From: Saprospiraceae bacterium
GTDB taxonomy: Bacteria; Bacteroidota; Bacteroidia; Chitinophagales; Saprospiraceae
Reading direction: 5' to 3'
Assembly: GCA_041392625.1 (NCBI GenBank)
Contig: JAWKLR010000014.1
Coordinates: 4,742 to 68,741 of the forward strand
Length of the DNA: 64,000 nt
This document shows, in pieces, positions 37,283-46,800 of the stretch. Position numbers and translations under genes: made by a program. How positions within the stretch are numbered: position 1 is the first letter of the stretch; each line of letters opens with the position of its first letter. The notes under the pieces were generated by a model, which was not told the DNA's origin, did not search any database, and saw only the letters and a program-made list of their open reading frames with translations.

Positions 37283-39118
37283 ATGAAAAAGTCAGGACTT
37301 CTTTTCGCGCTGTTCTTTAGCATCACTGTATTAAGTGCACAAACACCATCCGGAGACAGTCTTACAACCTCCTCCAACGATTCTGCACACCTTGCTGATT
37401 TATTGAAAAAATCTGCACTGATCCAACAACTCAGCGAACTCAACGCCCGGGAAGAATATAAACGGAAAGCATTGGAAGATCAATTGCGGGAAATTAACCG
37501 GCAGGATTCACTCTATTATCTTGCTATGCAAACGGAAATTGACTCACTCAAAAAGTCAGCGGTCGGATATCCTATTGTATCCCCTTCCGGAGACACCCTG
37601 TTCTCCATCTTTTGCAGAACAGGTAACCTTAGTGCAAAGGAACGGGCTGAACTTGTTGGCAAGCGCCTGAATTCCATTTATGCCGATACCTTTTCAGTAG
37701 CCGATACCATCTCGTTGGTTGCTAGTGGGGATTTGATCCATATTCAATTCAAGGACCAAACGATCATGAGCATTACCGAATACGATGCCATGTGGTTTGA
37801 GAAGCCACAGATTGATCTTGCAAACTCGTATTATTCCCGGATTCAGTCCGACCGAACGCTGTACCTGAAAGATTCGGGGAATTTCTTTTCAAGAAAAAAT
37901 CTGGGCTACGCCTTTTTGATTTTGATTCTCCAGATTGTATTAATCCGATTGGTCAACTACTTTTTTAAAAACAAAGTCGATAAATACATCCTGAGCCAAA
38001 GAAACAAGGCGCTCAAAGGCATCACATTCAAGGGGTATAAATTGTTTGATGAAGAAAAGGAAATCAAGGCCTTTTTATTGGGATCCAAAACTATTCGCCG
38101 GTTCATCAACCTGATCCAGTTGTACATTACCATTCCTCTGCTTTTTAGCATTTTTCCGCCAACCAGAAGACTGGCAGAAACCCTGTTCAATTACGTAAAA
38201 GTACCTGCCTTAAGAATTGGAAGCGCCATTGTTGATTTCATCCCAAATATCTTTACAATCGCGATCATCATCATCCTCGCACGGTATCTCGTGCGGTTTT
38301 TAAAATACATTACAGATGAAATTGCCAGCGAGAACCTCAAAATAAAAGGGTTTTACCCCGATTGGGCGGCACCAACCTTTGGCATCTCAAGATTCTTTGT
38401 ACTGGCATTTATGTTCATTGCAATCTTCCCCTTTTTGCCCGGAGCGAATTCCCCTGTCTTTCAGGGAGTATCCGTTTTTCTTGGCATTGTATTTTCCCTG
38501 GGGTCTACCTCCGTTATCAGCAATTTGGTTGCCGGGCTTGTGCTTACCTACATGCGCCCTTTTAACAATGGAGATCGGATTAAGATTGGAGAACTCGTGG
38601 GAGATGTAGTAGAAAAAACTGCATTTGTAACCCGAATCAAAACCAGCAAAAATGAGTTCATAACCCTCCCAAATTCCAATGTGATGTCATCCAATGTGGT
38701 CAATTTCAATACCAGCAATACCACAGAAGGAATCATTCTACATACCACAGTAACAATCGGGTACGATGTTCCCTGGAAACAAGTACACGAACTCCTGATT
38801 GATGCAGCTCTGAAAACGAACCTCGTGCTCAACAAGCCCAAGCCATTTGTTCTACAGACAAGCCTGGATGATTTTTATGTATCCTACCAATTGAATGTGT
38901 ACTCAAAAGACCCCAACAAGCAGGCGGGAATTTACTCCGAGTTGCATCAAAACATTCAGGATGCATTCAACCAGGGTGGTGTAGAAATCCTATCGCCACA
39001 CTACCGGGCACAACGAGATGGAAACATGACCACCACCCCCGCGAATTACCTTCCAGCAGATTATGAAGCCCCTCATTTCAGATTTGGCAGCATAAACCAG
39101 GTTGTCGGCCAACCATAA
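37283..39118 (+). CDS. Mechanosensitive ion channel (MscS) family protein with extended N-terminal periplasmic/TM region
   Basis: ATG at 37283 (MKKSGLLFALFFSITVLSAQ). Several TM helices, then the MscS beta-domain motif PFNNGDRIKIGELVGDVVEKTAFVTRIKTSKNEFITLPNSNV. Confidence 0.85.
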   Translation: MKKSGLLFALFFSITVLSAQTPSGDSLTTSSNDSAHLADLLKKSALIQQLSELNAREEYKRKALEDQLREINRQDSLYYLAMQTEIDSLKKSAVGYPIVSPSGDTLFSIFCRTGNLSAKERAELVGKRLNSIYADTFSVADTISLVASGDLIHIQFKDQTIMSITEYDAMWFEKPQIDLANSYYSRIQSDRTLYLKDSGNFFSRKNLGYAFLILILQIVLIRLVNYFFKNKVDKYILSQRNKALKGITFKGYKLFDEEKEIKAFLLGSKTIRRFINLIQLYITIPLLFSIFPPTRRLAETLFNYVKVPALRIGSAIVDFIPNIFTIAIIIILARYLVRFLKYITDEIASENLKIKGFYPDWAAPTFGISRFFVLAFMFIAIFPFLPGANSPVFQGVSVFLGIVFSLGSTSVISNLVAGLVLTYMRPFNNGDRIKIGELVGDVVEKTAFVTRIKTSKNEFITLPNSNVMSSNVVNFNTSNTTEGIILHTTVTIGYDVPWKQVHELLIDAALKTNLVLNKPKPFVLQTSLDDFYVSYQLNVYSKDPNKQAGIYSELHQNIQDAFNQGGVEILSPHYRAQRDGNMTTTPANYLPADYEAPHFRFGSINQVVGQP

Positions 39119-39132
39119 TACCCCTAAAATAA

Positions 39133-39179
39133 ACTGCCCGGGCTTCATTCATTTTGAATAAAGTCCGGGCAGTATTTTT
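39133..39179. terminator. Bidirectional intrinsic terminator between convergent MscS and DUF4249-like genes
   Basis: ACTGCCCGGGCTT-(16 nt)-AAGTCCGGGCAGT-attttt. One mismatch in the stem. Confidence 0.7.
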
Positions 39180-39196
39180 AACCAATCAAGCGCTCA

Positions 39197-40036
39197 CTAA
39201 CGCTGGATTATCGTCGTATCCCTGTCGTACACCAGGCTGGTAAATATCCCCAGCGGGTTTGCCGAGCCCTGTACGTTGCTTTTAATCGGAGACGGTTGAG
39301 CAAATGGATTGCCATTGCCCGCAACAGCCAACTGAACGCTCTCCACATAGTCGTAGTATGGCTTTTCGATATGACAAATAGTATTGAATACGGTATCGCC
39401 CTCCAGCAATTCATACCCTGTACCAAAAGCAAATAGTTCAGTGGTTGAAAAACGATCCGTTACTAAAAAGTCTTGCTCTGGAAAGGAGTCCAAACTGGCA
39501 TAATTCAGCAAACGGCGGTAGTAATTTTCTGTACCTCGATCGTCCGTAATGTAGGTCAGCATACGCGCCAGGGTGTCATTGGTTTCACTCCATTCTACCT
39601 TGATGCTATCAATCGGAACGGGTGTCATCATCACCGTTTGGCCATTGATTTGGCTGCCATCGGGCAAGGTAATTTCCAGCGTATATTGAATTCCAGGAGT
39701 TGCAGGCACCACACGGGTACCGGTGTAATTGAAAATCTTCAAGGGGCTGGGATCAAACGAAAGGATGTTTTCCAGGATCTCTGTTTCTCCATTGAAGCTA
39801 ATTTTCACCTCAGCGCCATCATACAAGGTATTTTCAATAAAATTTGAGTCGAGGTTGAGGTCTGAAAAGAATGGATAACTCCTCGTCAGCAAAAGGCGGA
39901 ATGGTTTACCAGGTTCCAGGTAGCACTCTACCACAGGCTGGGTTTCATATACCGGTAAATCAATTTCCACGTCTTTGGTCAGATTGCAGGAACCCAAAAG
40001 AAAAAGCAATGGGATGCTATATAATATGGTCTTCAT
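39197..40036 (-). CDS. DUF4249-like lipoprotein, partner of the upstream TonB-dependent receptor
   Basis: ATG at 40036 (MKTILYSIPLLFLLGSC, lipobox). The ~280-aa size and position immediately downstream of a CarboxypepD_reg-type receptor match the usual DUF4249 arrangement. The family call is from memory and context. Confidence 0.6.
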   Translation of the reverse strand: MKTILYSIPLLFLLGSCNLTKDVEIDLPVYETQPVVECYLEPGKPFRLLLTRSYPFFSDLNLDSNFIENTLYDGAEVKISFNGETEILENILSFDPSPLKIFNYTGTRVVPATPGIQYTLEITLPDGSQINGQTVMMTPVPIDSIKVEWSETNDTLARMLTYITDDRGTENYYRRLLNYASLDSFPEQDFLVTDRFSTTELFAFGTGYELLEGDTVFNTICHIEKPYYDYVESVQLAVAGNGNPFAQPSPIKSNVQGSANPLGIFTSLVYDRDTTIIQR

Positions 40037-40079
40037 GACAATTATTTTTAAATGTGTTTTTTGAACAATTGGACAGGAA

Positions 40080-42419
40080 TTAAAATTTAAAATTCCAGGT
40101 AATTGATGGAAGAATCGGGAACAGCGAAACCTGCTTTCCAACAATGGCCTTTGGCTGCTCAACGGTTCCTGTAGGCGTACTTAGGGTCTCAAACTCCGTG
40201 TCTATATAAATGAAATACGGGTTTCTACGGTCGGTTACGTTGTATACACTCAGCGTCAGGTCATTTTCCAGGTGCCGGGTTTTAAACTTATATACAATCC
40301 CAAGGTCTGCGCGCATATAAGCCGGATACCGGAATGAATTTCGATTGCCATAAACCGGAACTACAGCCTGAAAAGGTGCTCCGGGAACATCATTTAAGGT
40401 ATATCGCCCAACTGGCAGCCAACTGGCATACCCGGAGGTATATACCCAGGTACCGGTAAGTTGCCAACGCGGTGAAAGTTTGTACATGGCAACTACACTC
40501 AAATTGTGCCGGGTATCAAATCGCGGAGGGTAATAAGTGCCTTCATTGATCTCCACAAAATCACCCCGCTTTACCCAGGCAAGGGTATAACCAATCCACC
40601 CGGTCAACCGGCCATTTTGTTTTTCAATTTCCAATTCAAGCGGACTGTAGGCGCGGCCCTTGCCAATTGCCAACTCCCCTTCCAGTTCATTATTCCCAAA
40701 AATTTCTGCACCATCAATAAAGTCCACCTGATTGTCCATCCATTTGTACCAGGCTTCCCAGGTTACCAGAATATTGTCTTTGATCAGGACGGATGTCCCG
40801 ATGGCTACCTGATCGCTTATTTCAGGCTTGACCCCTTCCGTACTCGGATACCAAATATCTGTAGGGAGCGACAAGCCGCTGCTTGCAAGCAGGTGCACGT
40901 ATTGGTTCATTCGGGTGTACGATGCTTTTAGCGACCAGTTTTTATTCATGCTGTAGTTGGCCGCAAAGCGAGGCTCAAAACCCGCGTAGAAAGCCGGATT
41001 GTTTTGCCAGCCGGAAATGCGCGCGCCGTAATTCAATTTCAGACGCTGGTTGACTGACCATTCATCTGCGAAATAAATCCCGTACTCCATTCCGTTGAAA
41101 TCCTGTCCGGATTCAAAATTAATCCGCCCATCATCGCTGCCGGCTTTTAGTCGCGCAACATCAAACGCATGGTAGGTTGCATTGGCACCAAAACGGATGG
41201 TGTGCTCATTGTTGTATTGATAGTAAAAATCGACCTTGGTATTCGCATCCATTACATTCGAACCCAAATTGAACGAGAAGCCCTGAAGAACATTCCGGAT
41301 CCGGTACCGGTAATCGGAATATGTAAAGGTGGTATTCATAAACAACCGGGGGCCAAACACGTGATTCCATCGGGCGGTTCCGGTTGCATTTCCCCAATCA
41401 AACAGAAAATTGAATGTTTCATCCTTAAAGTCAAAAACATCCCGGCCAAAATAACCACTGAGGTACAGGCGGTCTTTTTCTGAAAGCGTGAAATTCACTT
41501 TGGTATTTAGGTCGTAGAAATAGTAGTCCGGAATCTGATTATAGTCTGCTTTCCCCTCATTCGCCCGGTTGATGGCGGAGGTAATCAAATCGGCATAGGT
41601 TCTCCGGCCACTGACAATAAAGGAGGATTTGTCTTTTTGTATTGGCCCCTCCAGCGTAAGGCGACTGGATATCAGGCCCAGGCCTCCGGAGCCGGTAAAT
41701 TTCTGGTTGTTCCCTTCCTTCATGCGCACATCAATCACAGACGACAATCGGCCTCCGTATTGAGCAGGAAATCCGCCTTTATATACCTTCAGATCTTTTA
41801 CTGCATCTGAGTTAAACGTGCTGAAAAAACCAAACAAGTGGTTGGCATTGTACACAACTGCTTCATCCAATACAATGAGGTTTTGGTCGCTGTTGCCACC
41901 ACGGACGAACAAACCCGTGGTACCTTCTGCACCAGGAGTGATTCCCGGCTTGAGTTGAAGGATTTTAATCACATCCGTCTCTCCAAACAACGCAGGGATT
42001 TCTTTTATTTCCTTGGTTGTAATGGTACTGACCGACATCTGCGTGCTGTTCATTTTTTCTTCCAGCGTATTGGCCTTGATCACCACCTCCTGAATGACAT
42101 TCCCTGCTGGATACAAACGAATATCCAACTTGACATTCTCTGTGGGAAGCATGCTCAGCAACTGACTTTCGTAGCCAATGTAACTGAATCGAAGTTGCAC
42201 CGAATCATTTTGTACCGGAAGCGAGAAGGAATAAAATCCATACTCGTTGCTGATGTTGCCCTTTCCAAGGCCAACGGCTTCCACAGTGGCACCAATGAGT
42301 GATTCTCCGGACTCGGCATCCAGCATTCGTCCGCTGATATTGACTGTTTCCTGTGCCTGGATAAGTCCGGCTAATAACAGACCGAGCACAATGAGGCGGG
42401 TTCTTAAATTAAATGACAT
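40080..42419 (-). CDS. TonB-dependent receptor with carboxypeptidase-regulatory-like N-terminal domain
   Basis: 779 aa with a signal peptide. ISGRMLDAESGESLIGATVEAVG (CarboxypepD_reg), a plug region, and a barrel ending ...SITWNFKF with a terminal Phe. Confidence 0.9.
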   Translation of the reverse strand: MSFNLRTRLIVLGLLLAGLIQAQETVNISGRMLDAESGESLIGATVEAVGLGKGNISNEYGFYSFSLPVQNDSVQLRFSYIGYESQLLSMLPTENVKLDIRLYPAGNVIQEVVIKANTLEEKMNSTQMSVSTITTKEIKEIPALFGETDVIKILQLKPGITPGAEGTTGLFVRGGNSDQNLIVLDEAVVYNANHLFGFFSTFNSDAVKDLKVYKGGFPAQYGGRLSSVIDVRMKEGNNQKFTGSGGLGLISSRLTLEGPIQKDKSSFIVSGRRTYADLITSAINRANEGKADYNQIPDYYFYDLNTKVNFTLSEKDRLYLSGYFGRDVFDFKDETFNFLFDWGNATGTARWNHVFGPRLFMNTTFTYSDYRYRIRNVLQGFSFNLGSNVMDANTKVDFYYQYNNEHTIRFGANATYHAFDVARLKAGSDDGRINFESGQDFNGMEYGIYFADEWSVNQRLKLNYGARISGWQNNPAFYAGFEPRFAANYSMNKNWSLKASYTRMNQYVHLLASSGLSLPTDIWYPSTEGVKPEISDQVAIGTSVLIKDNILVTWEAWYKWMDNQVDFIDGAEIFGNNELEGELAIGKGRAYSPLELEIEKQNGRLTGWIGYTLAWVKRGDFVEINEGTYYPPRFDTRHNLSVVAMYKLSPRWQLTGTWVYTSGYASWLPVGRYTLNDVPGAPFQAVVPVYGNRNSFRYPAYMRADLGIVYKFKTRHLENDLTLSVYNVTDRRNPYFIYIDTEFETLSTPTGTVEQPKAIVGKQVSLFPILPSITWNFKF

Positions 42420-42774
42420 GGTAATTTGTAATTTTGAGTAATGTGATTTTCAGGAGCAGTATTTCTAAAATGCCTGTTCAACCCGGCTTAAAACACCCCA
42501 CCATAAAATAAAGTTTTGCAAACATCCTTTTAACACGGCCTCTGGCAAATAAAATTCGACAAGCACTCCCAGAAACCGGATTGACACGACCGTAAGCACC
42601 TATGCTTAGAACGCCTTAGCGGAGGGTTTGTGACAGTTAAAAATTGAGTTTCTACCAAGTGTCGAATTTCTTCAACCAATGGTTCCGATTACTGGACAAA
42701 CCAAAATTGACGGAGCCCTGCCTAGCCTGACAGGGAATGACTTATTTGTTTACAATTAGGTCAGGAATGGGAAA

Positions 42775-43692
42775 GTGTATCCGTTCAAGCCGGAGGAAAT
42801 TGTATCTTCGCTTCCCGATTACCTGAACCCTCCTAATTGTATATTCCTTCAAACACATCGCAACTTGAACTACTGGGAATACCACATTCGCTGCACAGAA
42901 GACATCGCTGAAATCTTACTGGCATTTTTATCAGACAGCCCCTTCACCCCCTTTGCCGAGGACGATTCCGGAATAAAAGCATACATGCCTCAATCCGGCG
43001 ATACGGATGAACAACAGGCAGACCAACTCCTGGAAGAGCTTGCAGGCCAGTTTGAATTTGAATGGGAAAAAGTTGTTGTTCCCGCACAAAACTGGAATGC
43101 CCTCTGGGAATCCAACTTCACGCCAGTGGTTGTGGATGGTTTTTGCGGAGTGCGGGCAGAATTCCATGCCCCCTTAGAGAACGTACAGCACGAACTTGTG
43201 ATTCAACCTAAAATGGCATTTGGGTCGGGGCACCACGAAACGACCTGGATGTGTATGAAGGCAATGGAACAACTACCTATCCAAAACACCCACTTGTACG
43301 ACTATGGGTGTGGTACCGGTATCCTGGCGATTCTGGCTTCGCGTTTGGGCGCACAATCCATCGAAGCCGTAGATATTGAAGAAGAAGCCTGGCGCAACAC
43401 AGAGGAAAATGCCACGCGCAATGGGGTGGCCAATGTTGAGGCCTATTGTGGTACACTGGATGATGTACGGGGTGCCGCTTTTGACGGAATTTTAGCCAAT
43501 ATAAATAGAAATGTTATCCTGGCTTCACTCCCGCGTTTGCAGGAGTTGCTTAAGCCGGGAGCCTGGCTGCTTATTTCCGGATTTATCCTGGATGATGAAT
43601 CGATTCTCCTGGATGCAGCCAAAGAAAACCAATTGCATCACCAGCAAACCTGGAAAAAAGGCAACTGGCTTTGCATGCGATTTAACAAGTGA
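42775..43692 (+). CDS. prmA: Ribosomal protein L11 methyltransferase
   Basis: PKMAFGSGHHETTWMC and YDYGCGTGILAI (SAM site). The real start may be the TTG at 42865 (MNYWEYHIRC...) rather than the GTG at 42775. Confidence 0.88.
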   Translation: MYPFKPEEIVSSLPDYLNPPNCIFLQTHRNLNYWEYHIRCTEDIAEILLAFLSDSPFTPFAEDDSGIKAYMPQSGDTDEQQADQLLEELAGQFEFEWEKVVVPAQNWNALWESNFTPVVVDGFCGVRAEFHAPLENVQHELVIQPKMAFGSGHHETTWMCMKAMEQLPIQNTHLYDYGCGTGILAILASRLGAQSIEAVDIEEEAWRNTEENATRNGVANVEAYCGTLDDVRGAAFDGILANINRNVILASLPRLQELLKPGAWLLISGFILDDESILLDAAKENQLHHQQTWKKGNWLCMRFNK

Positions 43693-43867
43693 GCAGGAAA
43701 TCCAGCGCGTTAAAAAAACATCGACATGGATATTTCCGTTAAAAATTGCGTTAAAGAGGATGTTTGTTCAAAGCAACCCTTTCCGTTTTACGCACTCTAT
43801 TAATCCAAGCCGGCCCTTTTAACCAAACCAACCGCAACCTAATTTTTTAAGTCCTTTATCTTTCGGT

Positions 43868-46800
43868 ATGTTCACCAACACCAACTTTGTCCGCCGCTTT
43901 CTAGTTTTCATTTTTTCTGCGTTCATTTCAGTTTCGGCTTTTGCACAAATGCCAACCAGTTTCTCCGAAAATCCCAATGAGTTTGTGGATGAGTTGGAGA
44001 AGTTTATGACTGCAAGCAAACGCCCCGACCTGGAAGAAGCCTTCAAGGTATTTGAAAAGCGGTACAAGTCCGGAAATCTCGGTGAAAGCCGGATTCAAAG
44101 CGTGATCAGACTTACCAATCAGTTGGCAGCACAACGCCTGTCACCCTATCCGTATTACCTGAATTACATCAATGCTGTTTCGGCAGCGGCAGCCGATTCG
44201 GATACCACCCTGTTTGAACGGTGGCACCTGGTGGCAGAACAAACTGTTGCGGGACTGGGAAGAGGCAAAGCCAAACCCCTCGGCCAATTCCTTTTGTTTT
44301 CTTCGGATTACATGGAAAAAAGAGCCTTCAAAATTGGAACAGGAGGCTCCGTAACCTGGTATACAAAGGGAGGAAATACCCGATTCGCATACAACAGCAA
44401 TGCTCCCCAAATCATTTGTGAAAATGTGGAACTGATCGGTACCCGAAAAAACGATTCCCTGATCGTTTACAACGCATATGGGACCTATTATCCAATGGAA
44501 AACACCTGGATAGGAACAAAGGGCAAGGTTACCTGGGAGGCTGCCGGTCTGGACTCCACGGTGTACGCCCTCCTTACAAAATATGAAATTGAATCCCACA
44601 AACCCCTGTTCAGCAGTGATACCGTTACGTTTTATTATCCGTTGTACTTCCCAAAGGGCCCCATCCTCGGAAGTTTTGAACACAACGTCGTTGTAGGAGG
44701 CGGTAACCGATTCCCGAAATTTGAATCCTTTGATAAAAACCTGAAGATTACAAAAATTGGAGAAGGGATTGAATACATTGGTGGATTCAGGCTTTCCGGA
44801 AGTTCACTGTATGGATATGGAACCAATGCCGAACCGGCTCAGGTAACCATGTTCAACAAAAAACGCGAACGCATTTTTTACGGTACGGGTGAGCTATTTA
44901 TTATCAAAAGAGAAAAGAGTTTGGTAGCCGAAGGCGTAAATGCCAAACTATACATGGACAGCGATAGCCTGTTCCACCCGGCTGTAGGATTGCGGGTAGA
45001 TATCCCCAAAGAAATCATCCAACTCAGCCGTGGACAAAAAGGGTCGGAACGCAACCCCTTCTTTTCTTCTTTTTACAACATGAACCTCGATGCAGAATCT
45101 ATTACCTGGCACCTTGCTCAGGATTCGCTGGCAATAGGAACATCCATCGGTACGGAAAAAGGTGTTGCAACCAAAGTTCAATTTGAAAGCAGCAACCGCT
45201 TTGACCCCAAAGGGTACACCCGAATGCAGGGAATTGCGAGTAAAAACCCGATTTCCACACTTTATATCTTACATACTGAAGTCGGCTCCCGAATCGTTTC
45301 CGACAACCATTTTGCCCAACGCTTAAACCCCAATTTTGACTACTCCAGCATTCAGACACTTTTGGCCGATATGGTCTCTGAAGGTTTTATCAACTACTAT
45401 TTTGACCGGCACGAAATCGAACTCCGCGACAAACTCATTCACTATGCATTGGCCAGTACGGGCAAAAAGGACTTTGACGCAATTAACATTGTTTCTGAAA
45501 GCAAACAGGCCAATGCCCACCTGGACCTGAAAACCAAAGAAACAACCATTTTTGAAGTAGATAAACTGGAGTTGAGCGACCGGCAAAAAGTAGCATTGAA
45601 GCCCAGTGGCAGATCCCTCACCCTGCTGCAAAACCGGGATATGCGTTTCAGCGGCAGGCTCTTTGCGGGTTTCGCGCTGTTTGAAGGTCAGGACATGCAT
45701 TTTACCTATGATAAATTCCAGGTGGAATTTGATTCCGTCAAACACCTTGATTTTTATCTTCCCACCGGAACCGTCGACAAAAACGGACAACCCATTGCCC
45801 TTGCAATGAACTCCACAGTAGAATATGTCTCCGGTGTCCTCCTCGTGGATGCACCAAACAACAAATCCGGTAAAGACGACCTCAATATATTCCCCTCGCT
45901 CCAATCCAAGAAAAACTCCTTCGTCTATTACGAGCGGAGCGACATCCAGGCCGGTGCATACAAACGGGATTCTTTTTTCTTTAAACTGGATCCGTTCTCT
46001 TTCAATGGCCTGGATAGTTATACGCCCGTCGATCTGAAATTTAAGGGAGAAATGCGCTCAGCCGATATCTTCCCCGAATTTCGGGAAACCATCGTTGTCC
46101 GGACGGAGGATAAGTCGTTCGGATTTATCCACCGGACGCCCAAAGAAGGGTATCCGACATATGTAGGGAAAGGAAAATACACCGGTACGGTTGACCTCAG
46201 CAACCAGGGCTTCCTGGGTGAAGGAACCGTCGAATACCTCACGGCAGACATCAAGTCTGAAGACATCATCTTCCGACCCAAGCAAATGACCTGTACCGCA
46301 CGGAGTTTCTTTATGGAAGAAGATCGGGCAAGTGAGGTAAAAGTGCCACAAGCCCGCGGCGAAGACGTAAAAGTAAACTGGTTGCCTTATCGCGATTCCA
46401 TGTACGTGGAAAGCAGGGCTACGGACTTTGAGTTGTTCAAAGAACCCGGATATGCGCACAAGGGAATTCTCATTCTGACACCTTCCGGTTTGAAAGGCCG
46501 AGGTCTCTTTGACTGGGACGGAGGAAGTTTGGAATCGAAATTGATTGAATACGGTCCATTCCAGGCATTTGCGGATACAGCCGACCTTAAAATCAAAGCC
46601 CTGGATAGCGACGACATTCTTTTTGACTCCAGAAATGTGGATGGAGAACTTGATTTTGATGTACAAACCGGTCACTTCAAAGCCAACACGGAGGATGCCA
46701 ATACAACCTTGCCGCTGAATAAGTACCGAACCTCTATGAACGACTTTACCTGGGATATGAAAGCCCAGACCATTACGTTTAAAAGCGATGAAAACATCAA

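Noticed and set aside
42690-42725. B12-box-like string TTGACGGAGCCCTGCC in the 355-bp spacer upstream of the TonB-dependent receptor gene (possible cobalamin riboswitch)
   Set aside because: The match is on the plus strand, while the receptor is on the minus strand. The plus-strand downstream gene is prmA, which has no B12 logic. The other conserved cobalamin-riboswitch elements (GGGAA...GGTGAAAATCC...CCCGC-ACTGT in the right order) are not present. An Rfam RF00174 covariance-model scan would settle it.
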